A stretch of DNA of 63,843 bases, the filler included. It is 4 parts of 4 records of this genome, joined end to end, with 100 filler letters (N's around TTAATTAATTAA, not from the genome) between each part and the next. Parts side by side here need not be neighbours in the genome. Positions count along the whole stretch, not along the records: positions 22,918 to 40,511 come from SRR20825019_2387; 3 more parts are not named here. One strand, given 5' to 3'. The first letter of the stretch is position 1, and every line of letters begins with the position of its first letter. Positions 22,929 to 34,700 of the stretch are shown piece after piece. Both the position numbers and the translations under genes were made by a program. Below the pieces are notes generated by a model that saw only the letters and a list, made by a program, of their open reading frames with translations, did not search any database and was not told the DNA's origin.

Positions 22929-24008
22929 CTAGAGTTTGGTGGAGAGAGCCTCTTGGAGCTCCTTCCACGATGGGTAGGAGGACTGTGTACCCTTCTTGGT
23001 AACACTAAGGCCTGCTGCTACATTAGCCGCCGCACAGCTCTCCTCCAGGGATGCGCCCTGTGATAGGTAAAACGCCATAGTTCCAACGAAGCAGTCTCCT
23101 GCTCCAGTGGTATCCACCGCAGCGGCCTTAGTGGCATTGAAGTGGCGTGGTCCCTCCTCTGACTTAGCACTTGCAATAACATAGCCCTGCTTACCCAACG
23201 TGATAACAACATCCTCGACGCCCATAGTATGGAGGCGCTCACAGGCAGCGAATGCGGTTGCCTTGTCGGTGACCTGGATGCCAGTGATGAGGGACGCCTC
23301 AGTCTCATTGGGACAGAAGAGGGAGACGTAGGAAAGGTAGGGGATGATCTCCTTCACTTGTGCGGCATTTGGAGCAGGGGCTGTATTGAAGACTGTGTAG
23401 AAGTGGAAGGGGGATGAGTGGGCTGTCTTGAGAGAAAGGAGGGTGGTAGCAAGTGGCACCTCATTCTGACAGATAAGGATATTCTTGTACTTGGTGCACG
23501 AGACACTGGGTGCTCTCAGTGCCTGGTCGAAATCAATGGTCTCGGGGGTGAACTTTGATGTGGCGTTGGGGCAGATGACGATCTGGTTCTGGCCGGTGAC
23601 TGTACTCACATTAATAAGGGCGAGGCCGGTGGCTTCGTTCTCGACACGAAGGAGCTGGGATACACCCTCAGAGGTGAATCCGTTGCTTCGGAAGTTAGTG
23701 ATGTAGGCCTCAGCATCCGCATCCCCCTTTCCTCCAAGTGCTGACACCATCTTGACAATGGGGCCAGTCGATTTCTTCCCTGCGGCAAGCTTGGCTGTCA
23801 TCACGGCCTGATTCGCACCCTTTCCACCGAAGCCCTTTTGGAATTGGTTCGAGTGAAGGGTCTCCCCAGGGGCTGGCATCCTGTCCACGTACGCGATGTA
23901 ATCCATAAAGCAGCTTCCAACTACGACAACGCTTCCACCACCAACAGTACGGTTCGAGATACCCCCGTTGCTAAGAGAATTATACACAGCAACCCGATTG
24001 GATGACAT
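22929..24008 (-). CDS. RBKS: Ribokinase (PfkB family), kinetoplastid type
   Basis: VVGSCFMDY, GETLHS..FQKGFGGKGANQAV, QNEVP, PNETEA, VDTTGAGDCFVG and GTQSSYP. Intronless. C-terminus STKL. Confidence 0.93.
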   Translation of the reverse strand: MSSNRVAVYNSLSNGGISNRTVGGGSVVVVGSCFMDYIAYVDRMPAPGETLHSNQFQKGFGGKGANQAVMTAKLAAGKKSTGPIVKMVSALGGKGDADAEAYITNFRSNGFTSEGVSQLLRVENEATGLALINVSTVTGQNQIVICPNATSKFTPETIDFDQALRAPSVSCTKYKNILICQNEVPLATTLLSLKTAHSSPFHFYTVFNTAPAPNAAQVKEIIPYLSYVSLFCPNETEASLITGIQVTDKATAFAACERLHTMGVEDVVITLGKQGYVIASAKSEEGPRHFNATKAAAVDTTGAGDCFVGTMAFYLSQGASLEESCAAANVAAGLSVTKKGTQSSYPSWKELQEALSTKL

Positions 24009-24036
24009 TGGTGATGTCTGTGTTGTTGATAAAAAT

Positions 24037-24066
24037 CTTTATAAAAGTGAGGGAGAAGGAAAAGTG
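24037..24066 (-). promoter_or_regulatory. Putative trans-splice acceptor (polypyrimidine tract + AG) upstream of ribokinase
   Basis: Minus strand reads CACTTTTCCTTCTCCCTCACTTTTATAAAG, about 30 nt upstream of the ATG. Confidence 0.55.
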
Positions 24067-24204
24067 CTAAATGTGAAACATAAAATAAAATGTAAAAACA
24101 TGGAGCAGCATTCGAAGGTTTCAGTTTCATATCTAGGGGGTAGTCTAAATTGAGAGAAATTCATGGATGTGACCCTCATCTATCTAATTTTTATATTTTT
24201 GTAT

Positions 24205-25542
24205 TTATTGCTTTGAGCGGGACTTGAGTCGTGGAGAGGGGGATGCCTTTGCGGACCTTCCTCCCTTTCCTGGCGTCGTCTGGGCCGATACAGGTGGAGC
24301 ACGTGATGAGGATTTCGCTGGAACAACGGCGCTTTTCGATTGCGACTTGGACACGGCTCCGCTTCTAAGACCGCTGAATATGGAGGACATAGATGGTCGC
24401 ACTCTATCGACCGCCTCACTGACACCCCTCTCTTGCCTCTCTCGTTCCACCTTCTCATCTCCGCTGAGCGCACGTGCCACTGTCCATGACTTGGAGGTGG
24501 CTGTTCGAGTAGTGTTATTGCTTTGACTCTTTAGATTCGCAGCAGCCTGGCTTCCTACCCTCAGAGCACCCTCTCGTGTTGAGGATCTGGGCTCGACGAT
24601 AGGGGTTGAGGAGGAGCGGTGAGTTGTAAGCCTGCTGCCACCTCTTGCCACACTGCTACTTTGACGGCCTTGTGCAGCCTGCATGTCACACCTGTCAAGG
24701 GGCGCCATACCCTCTGCCTCCAGCTCCAATGCAGCACTTTCAATAATATTTTTGATATCAGCCTCATATTCCTCATCTTCCTGTTTTTGGGCATCGCGAT
24801 ATTTTGCAGCCTCCTCGTGGATGAAGTCCAATGCAGACGATAGAATCCCATTAAGGTTCTGCTGACGCTCTTCGAGATCACGAATTAGCTTACTCACAGT
24901 ATGCTCCCACGCCTCCACACCCTCCGCGAAATATTGTTCCATTTCTTGAATTTCTTGAAGTTTTCCGTGCATTAAGTCTATGTGCTTCTTCGCGAGGAAG
25001 GCACGCACATCTGCGATCAAGGATTCAAGAGACCCGTCTAGGTCGTCGTAAATAGCCTCGATTGCTTTCTGTAGAGTAGGGTCGGTACCAAGCTCATCCT
25101 CCTCACCTTCTATTTCCTCCTCTTCGGCCTGGATTGGGACTGGTGGTGGTGGGGATGGATCACGGGCACGCTTCCTTCCAAGCCTAGGGGATTCCGATCG
25201 TGTAGTCGTAACCTTGGCAGCTACTGGTGGTTTGGGAGGGGCTTGCCTAATTGTTGCTGCGCCACTCTTCTTGCTGACCGGGGTGGGTGATGAGGTAGAG
25301 GTGGTTGACTGATAGGATTCGAGGAGCTTCTTTACAGCATTTAATGCTTCGGCAAGGCGCGGGTCAGATGATTCGCCGAGTGCCTCTACAATCGCACGGG
25401 ACGCCTCCCGAGTTGTTGTTGCGGAGGATGACGATGCCGCTCCAGTTGTGGCTACTCTTCCCCTGGAGGATGAGGACTCCTTCCTCGATGGTAGTGGTGT
25501 AGGTGTGTTGGAGGTACTCTTGGTCGTTCCTCTGGGCGCCAT
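24205..25542 (-). CDS. Hypothetical protein with central coiled coil and basic S/T-rich tails
   Basis: Intronless ORF, first ATG 25542, basic cluster RKRAR, about 120-aa helical core. Confidence 0.75.
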   Translation of the reverse strand: MAPRGTTKSTSNTPTPLPSRKESSSSRGRVATTGAASSSSATTTREASRAIVEALGESSDPRLAEALNAVKKLLESYQSTTSTSSPTPVSKKSGAATIRQAPPKPPVAAKVTTTRSESPRLGRKRARDPSPPPPVPIQAEEEEIEGEEDELGTDPTLQKAIEAIYDDLDGSLESLIADVRAFLAKKHIDLMHGKLQEIQEMEQYFAEGVEAWEHTVSKLIRDLEERQQNLNGILSSALDFIHEEAAKYRDAQKQEDEEYEADIKNIIESAALELEAEGMAPLDRCDMQAAQGRQSSSVARGGSRLTTHRSSSTPIVEPRSSTREGALRVGSQAAANLKSQSNNTTRTATSKSWTVARALSGDEKVERERQERGVSEAVDRVRPSMSSIFSGLRSGAVSKSQSKSAVVPAKSSSRAPPVSAQTTPGKGGRSAKASPSPRLKSRSKQ

Positions 25543-25938
25543 CTTTAACAATTATTATGTGGTGACAAAAAATACTACAATAAGTATTAGTAATAATAAT
25601 AAAGTAAGGAAGGGAAACAAAACAACGAATCAACAATGGGATTGAAGACACACGTACATTTTAATTCAAATACTCCCATCTTCAAAAGTGATCCTCATAA
25701 GACTCCCAAGATGTGACACACACGACGATACAGTTAAATATGAAGCAGTTCTCAACAAGTAATATAAGTACACGACAAGTACACACACGCGCACGCCTAT
25801 TTCCTCCTTTCATTTTTGCGAACCTTCCTAGAAAAGTAAGCTCTGTGAGGGAGGTGGGACGGTAATAATAATAGTGGTATTGGGGTTGGTGATGATGGTG
25901 GTTAGAGAGGTATTTTGGACTTAAATACGGTTGACTTT

Positions 25939-28623
25939 TTAAACGGTCGCCCACTCGTCATCCTCGGCTACCTTCTTCTTTCCGGTACCGCCCTCACTAC
26001 CACTATCATCAGACTCGTCAAACAGGTCGTCGTCGTCCTCCCAGTTGGCGTACTTAGCTTCCATTGCCTCCTTCTCGGCCCTAAGCCCCGTAACGTCCTC
26101 CATATGTAAGGGGTCATTCATGCACTTGATGATGAAGTCCACACCATCCTTCTTGTACAAATCGACGATAATATCGCTGCAGCCAGTACACTTATCGTAG
26201 TAGTGACCGTACATGACAGAGGTGTGGTAGTCGCTGACGGTTCCACGGATCTGGTGAGGGACGACACCAAGGACAGTCTCGGCGGGACCAAGGGCATCAC
26301 CAGATGCCTGCCCGTGAGCATGGGCGTTGTTCTCATTCTCTCCATCGGACTTATAGGCGGGGGACATAAAGAACTTGGGGTGGTTGTACAGGGTGGCAAG
26401 GACTTCCACTGTCAGGGCACTAGCGATGCCAGATACACCTGGTCGGGTGACGGTACATTGCTGGTCGAGGGTACGAGCGGTAAGGCTATCCATAGGTGCC
26501 ACTACGTCACTGCAGAAATAGCACCCTGGCCTCTTGGCGGCCTTAGCCTGTGCTAGACCTCGTACGATGGCTTCCTCTTTCTTAATGTCATCAGTACCAG
26601 CAGGAAGGAACTTCTCAACATCTGCAACAGCAGCAGCCTTCTCCTCCTCGGTCAAGATGCCGTGTCCAGGTAGTCCGTGCCTCATGACCACATACGTATC
26701 AAAACCTAGAGCTGTGTTGAGAACAGGCTTCTCAAGTGCGGTGGCGATAACGGTGGGTAGCCAGCGGGCCTCCCTTGAGTCGGTGAGCAGGAATGTAACA
26801 TCATGCTCAGCGATAAGCTGCTCTAACTGAGTGATATCATCCCGAGCACGCTTCAAGTCCTCCGCATCATCCACATGAACACGATGTCCTGGCATACGAA
26901 TTGTCATGTTCACGGACTTAACATTAGCGTTTGGGAGGATCCTCTTTAGGGCATCCCTTGCGGCGTCTGCTTTGTACTTATTATCCACAACATCCTGCAC
27001 CTCGAACAACGTCTGTCGGACTGGGTTCGAGTAGCTGACCCTACCACGATCAACCATGGTGATATTGGTGACACCCCACATTAGTAGATGTCTGGCAATG
27101 TTGCAACCAAGGGTACCACTACCAAGTAAGAGGGCCTTACATTCGGTAATCTTGGAGAGGTCAAGGGTAGGCATCATACGCCACTTCATAAGGCTGAGAT
27201 TAAGCTTGGAGGAGCTATCGGCTAATGCTGCGGGATTCATCATGCTGGACATCTCGGTGGTCTCAATGGACTTTGTAGACCATCCAACGACCTTTAGGGG
27301 GCCAGCAGGGGCGGTCTCATCGTCGTCGAGGATGGATCGGAGCTGCTTGGAGACCTCCGAGAGGGTGTTCTCGGGGAGGGCAGCCATGCTGCACTCATAC
27401 ACCAGTGATGTAGTAACAACACCATCGCGGAGCCCGGTAGCAACCTTGGGGTTACTTCCGGTAGCGGAGGTAGGCTCGGAGGCGGTGGGGTCAGCATCGA
27501 GGCGGATGTCGGAGAGTGAGTCACGGAGACCAAGGAACCGTAACGAGGTACAGCTGGGGTTGTGAATACGGATGGCGGCGATCAAATTACGGAAGGACCA
27601 GCCAGGGTACTGCGCCATCTCAGAGGTGTCGTTAAACACAATAAAGCCCCTCTTACCCTCAGAAAGGACACTCAGTGGGCCACTGCTACAGTATTTGACA
27701 GCGTTGCTGGGGGAGAAGGGGTAGACTTGAATACTACGACCCCCAACGTTCTCATCAGTAGGATCATCAGCAATAACAGCAATGAATGGGAGGCACTCGT
27801 CACTAGAAGAGGTACGGGAGACGTTGAGGGCAACATTGATGATAGTGTTGAGTTGGAGGGAGCAGGTGGTACGGGTGGTGTTGTAGTCAGACTCCATGGT
27901 GCGGGGGTAGGTGGGTCCGTCGGCAAAGGAGCTAAAGGATACGACAGGGGAGACCTTGGCGTTAATGGGGGAGGGTGTAACGAAGTCGAGGGCGGGGTAC
28001 GACAGCACGTACTGGAACTGATGGGACTTGAGATTAGCAAAGGCAGTCATGCTAGATGCGAATGCAAACCGGCAGGTCTCAGCAGCGGACTCACGGAGAA
28101 GAAGAACGTCCTTGGAGGGGTTGTCGAGGGCGGTAGGGTCAGTGTGGTGTCCCCCTGCACCAGTACACTGGTAGATAGATCCCATACCGTCGTAACGGCT
28201 CCAGTCGATACCAGAGACGATGGGCTGCATCACCTGCATGGCACCATCCTTAGTCAACGCAGCCTTCTTATCCAACGCCTGTAGCTGCTCAGGGGTGTTG
28301 AGATTCTGAACAGTACCGGTAGTAGTACCGCTGTTGGCGATGCGATAACCTCCACGCCCCCCCTCAGCGACCTGGGAGGCAGTGAGGAGACTTTGGCCGT
28401 TGTAGTAGATAGTGCTGGGAACCTTGGCACGGCCACCCACACGGTTGATGGACGCAACGGCACCAAATAGTGGAACAGTTGGCTCGTCTAACTTCCAGTC
28501 GTGGAGCTTGAGGTGCTCCAGCTGGAACCAAAACGATAGATCAATAAGGGGAGAGTAATCCCTAAACTTCAGTCTAACATCTGCGGCAGAAGCGGCGGGA
28601 GCAGAAGTGCTAGCGGCGCTCAT
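25939..28623 (-). CDS. ATG7: Autophagy E1-like activating enzyme ATG7
   Basis: LNLSLMKWRM, GSGTLGC, SYSNPVRQ, LLTDSREARWLP, GCYFCSDVVAP, catalytic RTLDQQCTVTRPG, VPHQIRG and CTGCS. Confidence 0.96.
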   Translation of the reverse strand: MSAASTSAPAASAADVRLKFRDYSPLIDLSFWFQLEHLKLHDWKLDEPTVPLFGAVASINRVGGRAKVPSTIYYNGQSLLTASQVAEGGRGGYRIANSGTTTGTVQNLNTPEQLQALDKKAALTKDGAMQVMQPIVSGIDWSRYDGMGSIYQCTGAGGHHTDPTALDNPSKDVLLLRESAAETCRFAFASSMTAFANLKSHQFQYVLSYPALDFVTPSPINAKVSPVVSFSSFADGPTYPRTMESDYNTTRTTCSLQLNTIINVALNVSRTSSSDECLPFIAVIADDPTDENVGGRSIQVYPFSPSNAVKYCSSGPLSVLSEGKRGFIVFNDTSEMAQYPGWSFRNLIAAIRIHNPSCTSLRFLGLRDSLSDIRLDADPTASEPTSATGSNPKVATGLRDGVVTTSLVYECSMAALPENTLSEVSKQLRSILDDDETAPAGPLKVVGWSTKSIETTEMSSMMNPAALADSSSKLNLSLMKWRMMPTLDLSKITECKALLLGSGTLGCNIARHLLMWGVTNITMVDRGRVSYSNPVRQTLFEVQDVVDNKYKADAARDALKRILPNANVKSVNMTIRMPGHRVHVDDAEDLKRARDDITQLEQLIAEHDVTFLLTDSREARWLPTVIATALEKPVLNTALGFDTYVVMRHGLPGHGILTEEEKAAAVADVEKFLPAGTDDIKKEEAIVRGLAQAKAAKRPGCYFCSDVVAPMDSLTARTLDQQCTVTRPGVSGIASALTVEVLATLYNHPKFFMSPAYKSDGENENNAHAHGQASGDALGPAETVLGVVPHQIRGTVSDYHTSVMYGHYYDKCTGCSDIIVDLYKKDGVDFIIKCMNDPLHMEDVTGLRAEKEAMEAKYANWEDDDDLFDESDDSGSEGGTGKKKVAEDDEWATV

Positions 28624-28791
28624 TTTGATATTGGGTGGTTTTTTGCTGATGGATACGGCTGATTCTTCAAAATAAACAAATGTAAAAAGTTGAGGAAAGG
28701 GAATGATGGTGGTCCATAAATCTCAATATTATGATAGCGATACATTAAAAGGTAATATTAATTAAATGGTTTGATTTGTACATTGTGTGCG

Positions 28792-31700
28792 CTAGTTGTA
28801 GAGCCGTTTTTGTAAAGCCTCACGCTTCTTGAGGGTAGCGACCTGTTGGGACTTTGGTGCTGAGAATAGAGTACTTTGGGGAGTGGCCTGCAGTGTTAGA
28901 TTTACAGTACCGCCAATGGTGTTGGCTGATGAGCTGGTGGGGTGTTGTGGTGCGGCGGTTGTTTCGGGTTGATGTTGAGAGTGGTGGTGGGTGGGTAGCG
29001 ACTGGAGGGTTCTAGGGCTCCGAGCGATCTCTCTAGATAGCCGTGCGCTACTTGCAACTACCTCCCTCCTCTTGATGTTCTTCTCATCTTCAGCAAGCCG
29101 TCCTGTCATCATAACCGACACCCGATCAGCGGAGGCAGAGAACGCATCCATTTTACGAGAGATATCGCGTATTCTAGTCGTATTAGGAGCAACGGATATG
29201 TGTCGTGGGGTACCACCACCCGATATCGCCCCAATAGTTGCAGCAGAGAACTTTGAGCTACTGTTACCTGCCCTCATACTCTCCACCAGCTTCTGATCAA
29301 ATATACGTTGTAGTTCGGTGGCTTGGAAGGTCGGTGCGTGGTATCTAGGTGATATAGATTGTAGAAGTCGGGCATCCTTATCTCGGTCCGTATTGGTCAC
29401 CTTCTTTTTGCTTAGATGGAGGATCATTGCGTCGAGGCCTTCTGCAGTGTTGATATCAGCAACTGCCTTGGAGGTAGTTATAGTAGTGGTACATAATAGT
29501 GGTGGTGATACGACATTGTTTGAATGTTGATCAACATCAGTCGAAATTACAACACCCGTATTATTATTACTACTACCACCATTACCTTGTTGGTATTGTT
29601 TCTTTAGGCGGCCCCAGGCAGTATTGGCGTCGTCATCACCGCCACGTGCTGCGTTTGAAAGTGATAGTAGCTTGGGAACCTCTGGTATCTTGGGACGGAG
29701 TGTTGTTGTTGGAGCTTGGCCGTTGGTGGGGGATGTAACACCGCTATTCTTTGCAGCCTGTCGTTCAGATACATTGGACAGGGGTCGCAATACAGACCAG
29801 TCCACATCCTCTGTGGTATCTTTTGTTGCTTTAGACTTTGAGAGCGGAGCAATATTATTGTTAGTAGTGCTGTCGATGTGAGTTATGAAGGCAGTAGAGG
29901 AAGGAGGTATGGTGAGAGACGGGAGGGGTGATAACGATGAAGTAATAGCTAACATGGCACTGTTCGCGGTGGTTGGTCGATCGACGAGCTCTCGGTCTCC
30001 TGGTCGAAGGGGTGATGCGAACTCCAGATCCTCACCATCATCCTCGGCGTACATGAGTGGTCCTCTGAGAACCATTCCAGTTTCGTCTTGAGCCTGTGGA
30101 CTTCTACGTAGCCACTCCAACTTGGCCGCATCGCGACCCTCGTCGAGGTTAGCATCAGTGAAGCCCGATGCGGCACCACCGCCACTTTCCTGGGCAGCAA
30201 AGGCCGTTGCCGATGCCAGCTGGGCAGATAGCGATACCAGTACTTTGTTCTCCACACCAAGCTTATGAAGCTCGACTTGAACATTATGGAAATGCTCCTC
30301 TCGAATTCGTGCCTCAAGGGTATGACTCTTTCCGGTACTAATACCAATCTTCCTTCCATCAGGGCCAATTACGTGGGTTATTTCATTAGGGGAGGAGCCG
30401 TCGTTTTCGCCGTGTTCCTTGCGATATTGAAGAGCTCGTTCCGCACATCGCACTCGGGACATGAACTGCTCATTTGTCTCCGGTGCGGAACCCTTTTCTG
30501 TCAAATGATTCAATACATTGAGTTCTTTAACAGTTGCGGGTTCGAGTTTTGCACGGATTTCTTTCTTAGTTAGGCCAGTGATGTCGTCATCGCCACGAAG
30601 GTACTTTGTGGTAGTGAGGGGCATGAAGGCAGTGGCCGCGGATGGAGAGCCGTCCCCACGCTTTCTAAACGCATCACCATACCGCTCCTCGACAACCGTC
30701 TCCGCCTTTTGAATAATCTGGTACACAAGTGGAGCCTCCTCGGAGGCAGTCTTACGTTGTTTGGCGGAAGATATACTTGCAGCAAGGATGCTGTTAGAAC
30801 GGGATCGTCGACCCCCTAACTCCTCATCATCACTGCCAGCTCGGGAGGTGCGGCCACTGTCATTCATGTCGCTTTCATCTCCTCCATACATGCTTGAGTC
30901 CACAGAGGTGCGGCGACTCCTGCTCATCACAGACATCTCCCCGTCGCTCATATCCATCCCAAGTTGACTGTTGGAACGATCCCTCCTCTTTTTGGTAGAC
31001 TTAGCCCCACCGTTGGAATCGACACGATATGCTGCCATCTTGCGTTGCTGACGACGTCGCTGATGATCAGCAATAACAGATTCAAGAATAAATTCCTTTG
31101 AAATCTTGGCGACGACACATGCATGAGGAGCGTATAGCTCATACGGCACAGAGTGGTTTGTGAGACACTCCTCGAAGCAGTGGAAGCTCAGCGGAAACAA
31201 CTCCTCGAACTGATCGGATATTTCTGATGCTTTCGATGAAGATGCTGTTGTGGAAGGGGAGGAGGTAAGAAGGGGAATCCGCATAAGGGCCCCAAAGAGC
31301 AGTACATATGCATCGGTACACAGACTCTGAACACCGCCCCGATTATTCGCAGCAGCAGCCGTAGCAGGATCAGCAGCCTCCTTTGCCGCCTCGATCTTGG
31401 CGTTGGCCGCTAAGAGTTGGGTCAGGTTTGTTGGAGGAGTAAAGTGTAGTTGTTGGGATCGTGCCGAGGTGGCGTAGGACCTGAGGAGGTACTCTCCAGG
31501 TAACACTACCTGAATAGACATGTGTTTAGATATCTGACTAAGCACTGATGGTGGCAATAAATTAAAACACCTCACAGACGCCTTCAGGGACTCGGGTGTC
31601 ACCGCAAGTCGACCTCCCACTGCCATACCCTCCCTTCCAGGATAGTTGACAAGCTGATGGGTAGCAATATTGGTCATGTGTGCTAGTAGTGACTGTTGCT

Positions 31701-34700
31701 GATGGTTAGCAGGGGATGACTGCCCATACTCCCCACCAGCACCGCCAAATGCAGCGAATGTATCAATTTCAACAAGACCGGTGCTTGAGTAATTGTGGAA
31801 GGTTGAGGTAGGTACGAAGAAGGTCTTTAACACGCTCATAAAGTCCGCACGGCTGATACAATATGCTTCACAATATGTCGCTGATACCATCGCCACGGGC
31901 TTATTTCCAGAGGATAGGAGTGTGTCATCATTCAGATTATGGGGGGACACATACTGCTGTGAAGGGTTCTTTCCAAAATAGTTGGTATGGTGATTGTCTT
32001 GATTCTGGTGTGCGGAGGAGTAGTTATTGTTAGAAGTAGTAGTAGTAGGATCAGTACGTCGCATAAGAGATGCTATGGTGACAAGGTTAGTAGATGATCC
32101 ATACTGCTGGTTGTTATGTCCACCTCCTCCGTGATTGGTGGTTGGTACATCCAGTACAACAGCGGGCTTACCCTTTTGGCGTAGGGAGGTTGTCATAGAT
32201 GCGTTAGAGTTCACCTTAATGATTGACTTGGTAGGAGCAACATTGTCAGAATTAGTCATGGGATCTATAATTTCGACCTTCATCTTTGACGCGGTAGTAG
32301 TTGCGGCGGCGGCGGCGGCGGTAGTAGTAGTAGTAGTAGTAGGGGCAGTTGAATTGGCAGTTTGGTGAAGGGAGGACTTTCGGGGTTTCTTTTGGGCACG
32401 GCTCCATGCTGACCCAACCAAGTATGGCTTATTCTTCATATATTGCACGTCCCACGGTATAACAGTCTCCACACCATACATCTTCCCATTAACCGCCCTC
32501 TTAAGGCAAATACCCTCATTATTGGCTGTAGTGGTGGCATCTACGGCACCGTCTTTAGTATTGGTGGCGTTGTTTTTTGTATTGTTCGATGATGGTGATG
32601 CATGACAATTAGGTTGAAGAAGTCTGGATGTTATGTCCTTGATCAGTGCTTGGGGAGTAGTAGTCATGACACAGTCGCCCACCGTCACAAGCCACATATG
32701 CGTCGTCGAATACAAATCTCTGATCATAATTTCACCAGGCCGGGTTGCAACACGAGTAGAGTGATCTAGTAGGAGCGACAGGGCGTCGGAGGGCCATGAT
32801 GTGAAGATGGGGTGACTATTTCGGAACAATGACGAGCCGACCGACGTACCCCCCTTCGACGGGGCATGTAGGAATGATGGTGTAGAAGCATAGTAAGCAG
32901 GGGTCTCCTTGTGGTTCATAATAATCTTCTTGGCGACTGCTCTAGCTGCGGTGATCATGTCCCGTCTGGCTTGGGTTGTAATGGTGGTTGGAGCTGTAGT
33001 GGTACTACTAGATATGACCATAGGAGGCACTCCGCCAGCAGCAGGGCTAGAGACAAGCGTCTTAACACGAGCACTAATGACCTTCATATTCCCCGTCATT
33101 TGGGTTGTGGTTGGTGGTTTTGGTGCCTTGGGAATCGGTGCAAGAGGCTCGCCAAACGCACTCCCTAGAAGTTCAGATGCGGCTACCGTGGAGGTAGTAC
33201 CATATACATAGCGAAGGAACTCCAACACAGGAATTTCATAAACGACACAATCGGTTTCACAACGGACGTTTTTGTAGAAGGGGCAATCCAGAACTGCTTG
33301 GGGGGCACCTATCACATCACCTCTTGTGAAGTATCCCAATTCTATTGGCTCATCGAGTTTCCCTCCAGATGAAGGTGTTTTACTGCTTTCATCATTTGGT
33401 TCTAGGCCCTTTCTTAGGCGCCTCTCTCTACGACGCATCTCTTGAAGATAGCTGCGCTGCTTAGACGATAATGGAGAGAACTCACAAATGGTCCCACATG
33501 CAACGATGACGATGGCATGCAGATTACAGCTTCCGTGTTTACGACCAGCAAACTCCGAGGAGAGAGCTCCCAGCGATGTCTTTCCATCGTAACCCAATTG
33601 CTGTCGTAGATACTGTTTCACCTCTGAATTAAAGTTATTTTGGCTAGAGCTGGTGGTTGTGGGAGAGCCATCCTTGTTGTTGCAAAAATCCTTCTTGGAT
33701 GTTGATTTTGTAGTTGCACGGAACTGACTGAAGCCAAGAGCTCCACTGGTACTTTGTGCTGAAGTGTTGAAAATGCCACTGAGGTCATCGTCGTCATCAT
33801 CCTCCGAGGAGTCTCCTCCTCCCCCTGTACTTTGCTTTCGTGACCCCCTCCTTGCATTAGTATTACTATTACCTGACGAAGCGTTTTGGTTCCGGATTGT
33901 TGCAGCCGGGTCGCACCAACCTCCTGCCTTATGGGCGGGAATGATGGAGGAGGACCGCTGCTCCCGCTCCCTTAGGTCAATCAACGTCGACATTGCGCTT
34001 TGCTGGTAGTGAGATGATACCTGTAGCGTAGGCTGTTGTTGTTGTTGTAATGATGTGGTGGTGTCGTCGAGGTTGGTGGTGAACTTATCCCCCCCTCCAG
34101 CAGTCATGGATGCAAGGGATGCATCCTTCTGAAGCTTCAAAAATGATTGACCACGCTTAGAGAGGGTGGTGTGCATCGAGTTGGACCGTTTGAAGGTGTG
34201 ACTTCCTGGGTGTGGGATGTCCATCAAAGAATCATCTAGCTCCAACGCAGAAGGTGGCACCAATGTAGCATTACGGCCGGTGCTTCTTGGAGTTGGGTAG
34301 TGGTCTGAGGATGTTACTGCAGACGGCTCTGAGAACTGCACACCACCACCACCGGCTGTGGACTTTGCAGAGCGTGATGATACTGTTGTTGCTGTCTCTT
34401 GAGGGGGAGGGCGCTGAGGTTCAGGAACGCCGCTATTATACGCAGATTTATCAGCGTAGAAAATGTACTGGCCGGCATGGTAGTACCGTGGTTTTGCAAG
34501 AGATAAAAGCCCTGATACATGAGATGCGGACCATTTTGCGAAAAGTGGGGCCGAGGGCATCGAGATGGGTTGCCTCGATAGTGCCTTGTTGTTGTTCGAC
34601 GAGGAGCTGGTGGACGGACTGTCGATGGTGCTGTCAGTAACCGGGCGGCGTGGCTGACGTATATCTGGCAAGGAGAATGATGGAGCTGTCGATGAGGGGG

